The notes under the pieces: generated by a model
Database searches by the model: none
Seen by the model: only the letters and a program-made list of their open reading frames with translations
Told to the model about the DNA's origin: nothing
NCBI GenBank assembly: GCA_902525435.1
Contig: CABZHD010000004.1
Coordinates: 29,133 to 93,132 of the forward strand
DNA length: 64,000 nt
Reading direction: 5' to 3'
DNA from: an uncultured SAR86 cluster bacterium
GTDB taxonomy: Bacteria; Pseudomonadota; Gammaproteobacteria; Magnimaribacterales; AG-339-G14
In this document: piece by piece, positions 56,436 to 64,000 of the stretch
Numbering within the stretch: position 1 is the first letter of the stretch
Layout of the letters: each line of letters starts with the position of its first letter
Made by a program: the position numbers and the translations under genes

Positions 56436-57267
56436 ATTTAGCCTCGCAACTCTCTAGAGTTTGCATAATCAATGTGTTTATCGTCATTGGACCAACTCCT
56501 CCTGGAACGGGAGTGTAAGCTGAACAGATAGAATCTAATCCTTCTTGTTCAACATCACCATAGCCCCCAGGGTGAAATCCTGCATCGATAAGAACACATC
56601 CTTTTTTTAACCAAGAAGATTTTATAAATTCTTTTTTTCCTAAGGCTGCAACAACAATATCTGAGCAGCTTATAATCTCTGAAAGATTTGTCGTTTTTGA
56701 GTGACAAATTGAAACGGTTGCATTTTCATTTAATAACATCATGGACATAGGTTTTCCTAAAATTGGACTTCTACCTATCACGCAGGCACTTTTACCAGAA
56801 CAATCTATTTCATAATGTTTCAAAATCCTGATAATCCCATACGGAGTGCATGACCCATAAGCATCAGAACCCATTGTCATCAAACCAAAACTCTCTGATG
56901 TAACACCATCAACATCTTTTTCTACTGCAATTGCATCAAAACAGACTCTTTCATCGATTTGCTTGGGAACAGGGTGCTGAAGAAGAATTCCGTGAACATT
57001 GTCGTTTCCATTTAATTCATTTATTTTTTCTAATAATTCCTCTGTGGAAGTTGACTGAGGCATTTCAATTTTTAAGGAATCCATACCAATTCTTCTGCAG
57101 GCATTGCCCTTCATTTTTACATATGTTGCAGATGCAGGATCGGTTCCTACTAATATGGTTGCAAGAATGGGAGTTGCGCCAGTTTTTTCTTTGAGTTCAG
57201 AGACTCTTATTTTGAATTCTTCCTCTGAACGAGAAGCTAATTTTTTCCCATCTAAGATAATAGACAT
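56428..57267 (-). CDS. folD: bifunctional 5,10-methylene-THF dehydrogenase/cyclohydrolase
   Basis: 279 aa with [41 protein letters not shown] and VPGGVGPMT. Confidence 0.95.
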   Translation of the reverse strand: MSIILDGKKLASRSEEEFKIRVSELKEKTGATPILATILVGTDPASATYVKMKGNACRRIGMDSLKIEMPQSTSTEELLEKINELNGNDNVHGILLQHPVPKQIDERVCFDAIAVEKDVDGVTSESFGLMTMGSDAYGSCTPYGIIRILKHYEIDCSGKSACVIGRSPILGKPMSMMLLNENATVSICHSKTTNLSEIISCSDIVVAALGKKEFIKSSWLKKGCVLIDAGFHPGGYGDVEQEGLDSICSAYTPVPGGVGPMTINTLIMQTLESCEAKFK

Positions 57268-57346
57268 TTAAATATTATATAGATTTTAAATTCTAATAAG
57301 CTTTAACAGTATCAAAAAAAGTATTATTAATTATAATGCCTTTTAG

Positions 57347-57423
57347 CGGGGTGTAGCGCAGCCTGGTAGCGCGCCTGCTTTGGGAGCAGGATGTCGGGGG
57401 TTCAAATCCCTCCACCCCGACCA
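57347..57423 (+). tRNA. tRNA-Pro (anticodon TGG)
   Basis: Acceptor CGGGGTG/CACCCCG, anticodon stem CCTGC/GCAGG with loop TTTGGGA, T-arm GGGGGTTCAAATCCCTC, and CCA. Confidence 0.9.
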
Positions 57424-57432
57424 CTGTACAAC

Positions 57433-57849
57433 ATGAAAGAATTTTTAGAGGAAATGCTGGGTAATCCTTTTGGGATTAATAAATTTTTGAATTTGAAGTA
57501 TCTTTCTTCAAATGATGATGAACATTATTTTTCAGTCCTTTTTAATGAATCTTCAATGAATCCTAGAGGTTTTGTTCAAGGGGGAATGATTACAGCTGCC
57601 TTAGATCAAGCATCTTCTATGGCCTTCATAGGAAACAATAATGGAACTGCTGCTCCCTTATCTACGGATTTACATACTCTATTTCATAGATCTTTGCCTT
57701 TGGGCGAAGCAAAAATCACAGTCAAATTTATTAAAATTGGAAGACAAATTGCGACTATGGAGGCCAGAATTTTTGATGAAAATGATAAGTTGGTTGCAAC
57801 ACTAATGCATACTGCTGTGAATTTTGCGATACCTAAGCAAGAAGACTAA
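57433..57849 (+). CDS. PaaI/YigI-type hotdog-fold thioesterase
   Basis: 138 aa from the ATG at 57433 (MKEFLEEMLG...), with GFVQGGMITAALDQASSMA typical of the PaaI family. The track start at 57391 lies inside tRNA-Pro. Confidence 0.75.
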   Translation: MKEFLEEMLGNPFGINKFLNLKYLSSNDDEHYFSVLFNESSMNPRGFVQGGMITAALDQASSMAFIGNNNGTAAPLSTDLHTLFHRSLPLGEAKITVKFIKIGRQIATMEARIFDENDKLVATLMHTAVNFAIPKQED

Positions 57850-57879
57850 TTAATTCCTTTTCGATAGAATAGTCACCAT

Positions 57880-57956
57880 CTCCCGGTAGCTCAGCTGGAT
57901 AGAGCATCTGCCTTCTAAGCAGAGGGTCGCAGGTTCGAATCCTGCCCGGGAGGCCA
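57880..57956 (+). tRNA. tRNA-Arg (anticodon TCT)
   Basis: Acceptor CTCCCGG/CCGGGAG, D-arm GCTCAGCTGGATAGAGC, anticodon stem TCTGC/GCAGA with loop CTTCTAA, T-arm GCAGGTTCGAATCCTGC, and CCA. Confidence 0.88.
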
Positions 57957-57960
57957 GAGT

Positions 57961-58037
57961 GGTGGATGTAGCTCAGTTGGTAGAGCGCTGGTTTGTGGTA
58001 CCGGTTGTCGTGGGTTCGAGCCCCATCATCCACCCCA
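57961..58037 (+). tRNA. tRNA-His (anticodon GTG, with encoded G-1)
   Basis: Extra 5' G, then GTGGATG/CATCCAC, anticodon stem CTGGT/ACCGG with loop TTGTGGT, T-arm GTGGGTTCGAGCCCCAT, and CCA. It lies 4 nt after tRNA-Arg. Confidence 0.9.
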
Positions 58038-58104
58038 TTTAAAAGCAGAAGAAATTTAAGTTTTTGTGATAAAGTTTCGCGCTCTTTAAAATTCAGGAAT
58101 TGTA

Positions 58105-59406
58105 ATGTTTGGGTTAGGTAAAAAAAACGAAATAGAAAAAAAATTAAAATTCACTCTTCCGAAAGAAGAACTGCAAAAAGAATATGATAAAAGGGTTGCC
58201 AGCCAACAATTTTCATCCACTGTTAAAGGGTACAGAAAAGGTAAAGCACCAAAAGACATAATTGAGCAAATGTACGGAGGCCAGATCAAGGCCAACGTTA
58301 TTTTTGATGCGATGTCTGAGAGCTTCTTTAAAAAAATAAGCGAAGATAATATTCCAGTTGTTGGGCAACCTAAATTTGATCCTAAATCTATGGAATTGGA
58401 TAAGGACGTTCAATTTGAGGCAACTTTTGAAGTTTATCCAGAAATTAAAATAAAAAAGATATCTCAACTTGCATTCAAAAAACCTATTTCAGAAGTTGCT
58501 GAAGAAGACATCAATAAAACGATTGAAAATATTCGTAAAAGATTTTCTCAACTGGAATCCAAAGAAGGAAAATCTGAAAATAACGATGTGGTAAAAGTTA
58601 ATTTTGAAGGATTTATTGATGATGAACCATTTGAAGGCGGTAAAGCTGACGAGGTCACCATTGAAATTGGTTCTAACACAATGATCCCTGGGTTTGAAGA
58701 TGGCTTAAAAGATTTATCCAAAGGCGATAAAAAAGACTTAAATGTCTCATTCCCTGATGACTATCATGTAGATCATTTAAAAGGGAAGCCAGCAGTCTTT
58801 AAAACAGAAGTTCTGGATGTTCTAAAACCAAAATTGCCGGAAATGAATGAAGAGTTTTTCACTATGGCTGGCATACCATCTAAAGACGAGGCTGAATTTA
58901 AAAAAACCTTAAAAGAAAGACTATCTGATGATTTAGATTCTGCGCTTACCGGAATGAAAAAAGAAAGAATTTTCGATGCGCTTGCTGAAATGAACGAATT
59001 TGAGATTCCTGAGTCTATGATAATGAACGAAATGATTAATCTCAGGAAAGGCTCTGCTGCTCAGATGGGAAAAGAGTATGAAAAATTAAAAGATGAAGAA
59101 TTTCCCGTTGAAAATTTCAGGGAAAACGCTCAAAAAAGGGTGAAGCTTGGCATCATACTAAATAAGCTTATTGAAGAGCATGAATTAAAAGCAGATGCTG
59201 ATAGAGTTAAAAAGCTTATAGAAGAAAGATCTAAAAACTACAAAGAACCCGAAAAAGTTGTAAATTGGTATTATAGTAATGAAGAACAATTAAAAAACAT
59301 TGAATCATTGGCCCTTGAGGAGCAGGTTACTGAGCTGCTAGAAAAAGAAGGAAAGTCAACTGATGAAAGTATGGATTTTGATAAAGTTCTAGGAATAAAC
59401 GTATGA
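58105..59406 (+). CDS. tig: trigger factor
   Basis: 433 aa with the ribosome-binding signature [17 protein letters not shown], a central FKBP-type PPIase (...[16 protein letters not shown]...IPGFEDGL...), and its position before clpP. Confidence 0.95.
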   Translation: MFGLGKKNEIEKKLKFTLPKEELQKEYDKRVASQQFSSTVKGYRKGKAPKDIIEQMYGGQIKANVIFDAMSESFFKKISEDNIPVVGQPKFDPKSMELDKDVQFEATFEVYPEIKIKKISQLAFKKPISEVAEEDINKTIENIRKRFSQLESKEGKSENNDVVKVNFEGFIDDEPFEGGKADEVTIEIGSNTMIPGFEDGLKDLSKGDKKDLNVSFPDDYHVDHLKGKPAVFKTEVLDVLKPKLPEMNEEFFTMAGIPSKDEAEFKKTLKERLSDDLDSALTGMKKERIFDALAEMNEFEIPESMIMNEMINLRKGSAAQMGKEYEKLKDEEFPVENFRENAQKRVKLGIILNKLIEEHELKADADRVKKLIEERSKNYKEPEKVVNWYYSNEEQLKNIESLALEEQVTELLEKEGKSTDESMDFDKVLGINV

Positions 59407-60014
59407 CTGACAAATTCTTTAACCAATTGGTACCAATGGTGGTTGAACAAACTCCAAGAGGGGAAAGGGCATTTGATATTTACTCTAGACTGCTTAAAGA
59501 AAGAGTAATCTTTATCACAGGCCCAATTGAAGACTACATGGCTAACTTGATTGTGGCACAACTGCTTTTCTTAGAAGCAGAAAATCCTGATAAAGACATA
59601 AATGTGTATATAAATTCTCCGGGTGGAGCCATAACTTCTGGAATGTCTATATACGATACCATGACCTACATAAAGCCTGATATAAGTACCTTGTGTATCG
59701 GACAAGCTGCCAGCATGGGGGCAATTCTTCTTGCAGGAGGAACAGAAGGCAAAAGATTTGCGCTTCCTAACTCAAGAATTATGATTCATCAGCCTTTGGG
59801 AGGATTTCAAGGACAGGCTTCTGATTTTGAAATTCATGCAAAAGAAATTCTTTCCATGAAGAAAAAACTAAATGAAATACTAGCTTCTCATACCGGAAAA
59901 GAAGTTGACCAAATCGAAAAAGATACGGAAAGGGATAACTTTATGAATGGCGAAGAAGCCAAAGAATATGGTTTAATTGATAAAGTAATTTCAGAAAGAG
60001 AGCAGGCCAAATGA
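59403..60014 (+). CDS. clpP: ATP-dependent Clp protease proteolytic subunit
   Basis: 203 aa with [36 protein letters not shown] (Ser) and IMIHQPLGG (His). ATGA overlap with tig. Confidence 0.97.
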   Translation: MTDKFFNQLVPMVVEQTPRGERAFDIYSRLLKERVIFITGPIEDYMANLIVAQLLFLEAENPDKDINVYINSPGGAITSGMSIYDTMTYIKPDISTLCIGQAASMGAILLAGGTEGKRFALPNSRIMIHQPLGGFQGQASDFEIHAKEILSMKKKLNEILASHTGKEVDQIEKDTERDNFMNGEEAKEYGLIDKVISEREQAK

Positions 60015-61282
60015 CAGATATCTCAACCACTGATGAAAAGCTTCTTTTCTGTTCATTTTGTGGAAAAAATCAGAACGAAGTAAAAAAATTAATTGCCGGT
60101 CCATCCGTTTATATCTGTGATGAATGCGTCTCTTTATGTAATGACATCATCAAAGAGGACTTAGAAAGTAAAGAAGCCGAAAACTCTGAAACAAAAAAAT
60201 TACCGATTCCAGAAGAGATTAATTCTTTTTTAAATGATTACGTAATTGGTCAAGAAGATGCCAAAAAAACATTATCTGTTGCCGTTTACAATCACTATAA
60301 GAAATTGCAAAACATGGATGTTGATTCAGAAGTTGAACTTGGCAAAAGTAATATCCTTCTTCTGGGACCAACAGGAAGTGGTAAAACTTTATTAGCAGAA
60401 ACTCTTGCTAGATTGCTTGATGTTCCATTTACCATTGCTGATGCTACTACCTTGACTGAAGCTGGATATGTTGGAGAAGATGTTGAAAACATAATTCAAA
60501 AACTTCTTCAAAAATGTGATTACGATGTTGAAAGAGCACAAAGGGGTATCGTATATATTGATGAGATTGATAAAATTTCAAGGAAATCAGATAACCCATC
60601 CATAACTCGTGATGTATCTGGTGAGGGAGTGCAACAAGCACTTCTAAAATTAATTGAAGGCACAGTGGCTTCTGTTCCCCCGCAAGGAGGAAGGAAGCAT
60701 CCTCAGCAAGAATTTGTTCAAGTAGACACTTCAAATATCCTTTTCATCTGTGGCGGTGCGTTTGCTGGCCTTGATGAGATTATTAGATCAAGAAGTGAAG
60801 AAAGAGGCATGGGTTTTGAAGCAACAATTTCAAAAAATTCCAATGCTTCTTTTTCAGCAGATTTAGTTAAAAAAGTTCAACCTGAGGATTTAGTCAAATA
60901 CGGTCTTATTCCCGAATTCGTTGGCAGACTTCCAGTTACAGCAACACTAGAAGAATTAGATGAAAAATCTTTAATTATGATTCTTACAGAACCTAAGAAT
61001 TCTCTTATGAAGCAGTTTAAAAAGCTTTTTTCTATGGAGAATGTTGATCTTGAAATAAGAGACGACGCTTTATTAGAAATAGCAAAGAAAGCTATTGAAA
61101 GAAAATCTGGAGCTCGAGGACTGAGGTCGATTATGGAGAATATTCTATTAGATTTGATGTACGACATACCGTCTGATCAGAACATTGAAAAAGTCGTTCT
61201 CGACTCGTCTTCTGTTTCAGGAGAGTCTGAGCCGCTTGTGGTTTATTCACAATCAGAAACACCAAAAGAAAGCTCTAACTAA
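60011..61282 (+). CDS. clpX: ATP-dependent Clp protease ATP-binding subunit ClpX
   Basis: 423 aa with Zn finger CSFCGK...CDEC, Walker [18 protein letters not shown] and the GYVG pore loop. ATGA overlap with clpP. Confidence 0.97.
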   Translation: MTDISTTDEKLLFCSFCGKNQNEVKKLIAGPSVYICDECVSLCNDIIKEDLESKEAENSETKKLPIPEEINSFLNDYVIGQEDAKKTLSVAVYNHYKKLQNMDVDSEVELGKSNILLLGPTGSGKTLLAETLARLLDVPFTIADATTLTEAGYVGEDVENIIQKLLQKCDYDVERAQRGIVYIDEIDKISRKSDNPSITRDVSGEGVQQALLKLIEGTVASVPPQGGRKHPQQEFVQVDTSNILFICGGAFAGLDEIIRSRSEERGMGFEATISKNSNASFSADLVKKVQPEDLVKYGLIPEFVGRLPVTATLEELDEKSLIMILTEPKNSLMKQFKKLFSMENVDLEIRDDALLEIAKKAIERKSGARGLRSIMENILLDLMYDIPSDQNIEKVVLDSSSVSGESEPLVVYSQSETPKESSN

Positions 61283-61336
61283 CAGGCTATTGTTTTTTAC
61301 AAATAACTCCTCATATAAATATAAAGCGAGGCAAAT

Positions 61337-63724
61337 ATGCAATTACCTTTAGTACCCTTAAGAGACGTCGTTATTTTCCCTGGAGTTGTTACTTCACTCT
61401 TTGTTGGCAGGGATAAGTCAATAAAGTCCCTCCAAACGGCTATGGAATCCGACAAGTCAGTGATGTTAGTCGCTCAGAAAAACTCCTCGCAAGAAAATCC
61501 TAAAGTTAAAGATTTGTATGAGGTGGGTTCTGTTTCAACTATTTTACAGTTGATCAAATTACCAGATGGAACTTACAAAGTTTTAGTTGAAGGTATCAAA
61601 AGAGCAAAAATTTTATCAGTTGCAGAAAACAATGGTTACATGGAATCTGAAGTAGAGGTTTTAGAAGATTACGAACTAGATGATGATCTTAAAAGCAGTT
61701 ACCTAAACACTCTGCAAACTCAATTCAAAGAGCTTTCGAAAACATCATCAAAAATTAGACCTGAGGTGATAACTCAAATCAGAGCTATTGAAAGACTAGA
61801 AAAACTCATTGATAACCTGGTTGGATATTTATCATTACAAATATCTGATAGACAAAAATTATTAGAAGAAATCAACCTCGAAGAAAGAGCTAAATATTTA
61901 GTATCTTTCCTTGAAAATCAACTAGACCTTACTCAAATGGAGAAAAAAATTCGAGATAGGGTCAAAAAGCAAATGGAGAAAAGCCAGAAGGATTATTACC
62001 TTTCTGAGCAGATGAAAGCTTTAAAGAAGGAAATGGGTGAAGATGAAGACCAAGATGAAATAGAAACAATTACCAAAAATATAGAAAAATCTGGCATGCC
62101 TAAGGATGCTAAAGATAAAGTGAACAGCGAATTAAACAAGTTCAAAATGATGCCTCCAATGTCAGCAGAAGCTTCTGTTGTGAGGGGGTATATAGATTGG
62201 ATGACCAGTATTCCTTGGAAAAAGAAATCAAAAATTCAAACAGAAATAACAAAAGCCTCTGAAGTCTTAGATTCAGATCATTATGGACTTGAAGAGGTTA
62301 AAGAAAGAATACTTGAATACTTAGCAGTTCAGCAAAGAGTATCAAAAATAAAAGGCCCGGTTTTATGTCTTGTCGGCCCTCCAGGTGTTGGAAAAACATC
62401 CCTGGGCGAATCTATTGCAAAATCAACAGGCAGAAAGTTCGTTAGGATGTCCCTAGGTGGAGTAAGAGATGAATCAGAGATAAGAGGACATAGAAGAACT
62501 TATATTGGTTCAATGCCTGGAAAAATTCTTCAAAAAATGTCAAAAGTAGGTGTTAAAAATCCGCTCTTTCTTTTAGACGAAATAGATAAAATGGGAATGG
62601 ATTTTCGAGGCGATCCAGCAGCAGCTTTATTAGAAGTTCTTGATCCTGAGCAAAATCACACGTTTAACGATCACTATCTTGAAGTCGATTATGATTTATC
62701 AGACGTAATGTTTGTTTGTACGGCTAACTCGATGGATATACCGCCAGCACTTTTGGATAGAATGGAGATAATAAGGTTACCAGGTTACACAGAGGATGAG
62801 AAAGCAAGTATTGCTGATAAATATTTGCTCCCTAAACAATTAAAAATGAACGGTTTAAACGAAAATGAATTATCTGTCTCTAAGAAAACCATCCTTGATG
62901 TTATAAGGTATTTCACAAGGGAGGCAGGAGTGAGAGCTCTAGAAAGAGAAATTGCAAAAATCTGTAGAAAAGCTATCAAAAAAATAGGTGAGGCAACAAA
63001 ACCCAAAAAAATTACTGTTTCACCTTCAAATCTCGAAGACTATTGTGGAGTAAGAAAATTTGATTTTGGTGAAGCGCAAGAAAAAGACAAGATCGGCCAA
63101 GTCACAGGACTAGCCTGGACTCAAGTTGGCGGAGAGCTGCTTACTATAGAAGCTTCTAATTTCAAAGGTAAAGGAAAAATAATTAAAACTGGTCAACTAG
63201 GTGATGTGATGCAGGAATCAATTCAAGCAGCAATTTCAGTAGTGAGGAATAGATCAGAATCTTTAGGTATTGATCCCGAATTCTATGAAAATCAAGATAT
63301 GCATATTCACGTTCCTGAAGGAGCAACACCTAAAGATGGTCCCAGCGCAGGAATCGCGATGTGTACTGCTGTAACCTCAGTTTTAGCTCAATTGCCAGTA
63401 AGAGCAGATGTGGCTATGACTGGTGAAATCACTCTTAGAGGAGAAGTTTTAAAAATAGGTGGTCTAAAAGAGAAATTATTAGCAGCTAAGAGAGGCGGAA
63501 TCAAAACAGTCATTATTCCTGAAGATAATGTCAGAGACCTCAAAGAGATACCTGACAAAATAACTGATAAATTAACAATCAAGCCTGTTAAATGGGTTGA
63601 TGAAGTTTTCAAAATTGTCTTTACTGAAGAGCCTCAACCTTGGTCAGAGAGAAATTCAAAGTCATCAGAATCTAGCAGAAAAAAAACTAAATCAAAAAAA
63701 ACTTCTCAAAACACTCTAAATTAG
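61337..63724 (+). CDS. lon: Lon protease (LonA)
   Basis: 795 aa with N-terminal LPLVPLRDVVIFPG, Walker A GPPGVGKTS and protease PKDGPSAG (Ser) ...KIGGLKEK (Lys). The C-terminal tail is Lys/Ser-rich. Confidence 0.97.
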   Translation: MQLPLVPLRDVVIFPGVVTSLFVGRDKSIKSLQTAMESDKSVMLVAQKNSSQENPKVKDLYEVGSVSTILQLIKLPDGTYKVLVEGIKRAKILSVAENNGYMESEVEVLEDYELDDDLKSSYLNTLQTQFKELSKTSSKIRPEVITQIRAIERLEKLIDNLVGYLSLQISDRQKLLEEINLEERAKYLVSFLENQLDLTQMEKKIRDRVKKQMEKSQKDYYLSEQMKALKKEMGEDEDQDEIETITKNIEKSGMPKDAKDKVNSELNKFKMMPPMSAEASVVRGYIDWMTSIPWKKKSKIQTEITKASEVLDSDHYGLEEVKERILEYLAVQQRVSKIKGPVLCLVGPPGVGKTSLGESIAKSTGRKFVRMSLGGVRDESEIRGHRRTYIGSMPGKILQKMSKVGVKNPLFLLDEIDKMGMDFRGDPAAALLEVLDPEQNHTFNDHYLEVDYDLSDVMFVCTANSMDIPPALLDRMEIIRLPGYTEDEKASIADKYLLPKQLKMNGLNENELSVSKKTILDVIRYFTREAGVRALEREIAKICRKAIKKIGEATKPKKITVSPSNLEDYCGVRKFDFGEAQEKDKIGQVTGLAWTQVGGELLTIEASNFKGKGKIIKTGQLGDVMQESIQAAISVVRNRSESLGIDPEFYENQDMHIHVPEGATPKDGPSAGIAMCTAVTSVLAQLPVRADVAMTGEITLRGEVLKIGGLKEKLLAAKRGGIKTVIIPEDNVRDLKEIPDKITDKLTIKPVKWVDEVFKIVFTEEPQPWSERNSKSSESSRKKTKSKKTSQNTLN

Positions 63725-63809
63725 GTATTACAGCCCGATATACTTGTTGAATTAATCCTTTTCTAAGGGTATAAATGATTTCAAGTTTTAATTTATTTAG
63801 GAGAGTGTA

Positions 63810-64000
63810 GTGAATAAAGCTGATTTAATTGATTCTGTAGCAGACGCTACTGATATGTCTAAAGCTGAAGCTGGTAGAGCGCTTGATGCAGTTCTTAATG
63901 GAATAGCAGGTGCACTATCTCAAGGTGACTCCGTTGCTTTAGTAGGGTTCGGAACTTTTAACGTAAGAGAAAGAGCGGCAAGAATGGGAAGAAATCCAGC
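63810..64000 (+). CDS. hupB: DNA-binding protein HU (beta-like), 5' part; continues past the window end
   Basis: My translation from the GTG at 63810 gives (M)[62 protein letters not shown]. An AGGAGAG lies upstream. The position after lon is conserved in gammaproteobacteria. Confidence 0.9.
   Translation, partial: MNKADLIDSVADATDMSKAEAGRALDAVLNGIAGALSQGDSVALVGFGTFNVRERAARMGRNP

Noticed and set aside
1-64000. I scanned by eye for CRISPR arrays, IS elements/transposases, integrases, prophage genes, toxin-antitoxin pairs and long tandem or inverted repeats.
   Set aside because: None was recognised. All ORFs of 100 aa or more are accounted for by housekeeping, metabolic or hypothetical envelope proteins, and no repeat-spacer periodicity was seen.

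Overview
This 64 kb window is a densely packed, low-GC (about one third GC by eye) stretch of what looks like a streamlined marine gammaproteobacterial chromosome. The run folD / tRNAs / tig-clpP-clpX-lon-hupB and the purN-purM / DUF2066 / hda neighbourhood follow Pseudomonadales-like synteny. A SAR86-type organism is a guess, not a demonstrated result. I can support about 68 protein-coding genes, 7 tRNAs, one near-consensus LexA (SOS) box and one clear bidirectional intrinsic terminator. I found no CRISPR array, IS element, integrase, prophage or rRNA. Gene content falls into three groups. (1) Housekeeping: purMN, nadAC, pyrB, dcd, folE, folD, gpsA, dnaX-recR, recX, xseA, hda, and tig/clpPX/lon/hupB. 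(2) A heavy load of lipid, terpenoid and acyl-CoA metabolism: four acyl-CoA dehydrogenase-family genes, two enoyl-CoA hydratases, an AtuA-like gene with a biotin carboxylase pair, a Baeyer-Villiger monooxygenase, an acyl-CoA synthetase, two hotdog thioesterases and a FabY-class ketosynthase. (3) A conspicuous set of envelope redox-repair genes: a secreted MsrA-Trx(CPYC)-MsrB fusion, a DsbD/ScsB-like electron transporter with a single-Cys PRX-like partner, and a TlpA-like lipoprotein. Five observations seem most worth a second look. First, an unlisted 44-codon DUF2256-like zinc-ribbon ORF sits directly behind a photolyase-family (COG3046/FeS-BCP) gene that has no CxxC motif. Second, the largest non-coding gap (276 nt, between two convergent genes) contains a roughly 62 percent GC stack of hairpins ending in a strong terminator, a candidate 3'UTR-derived or stand-alone RNA. 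Third, dnaX has an A10 tract exactly at the domain III/IV junction, with immediate stops in both alternative frames. Fourth, the MsrA-Trx-MsrB domain order is unusual. Fifth, the umuDC cassette is SOS-controlled. I did not find a convincing multi-gene novel defence or mobile system. Most of the window is ordinary core genome.
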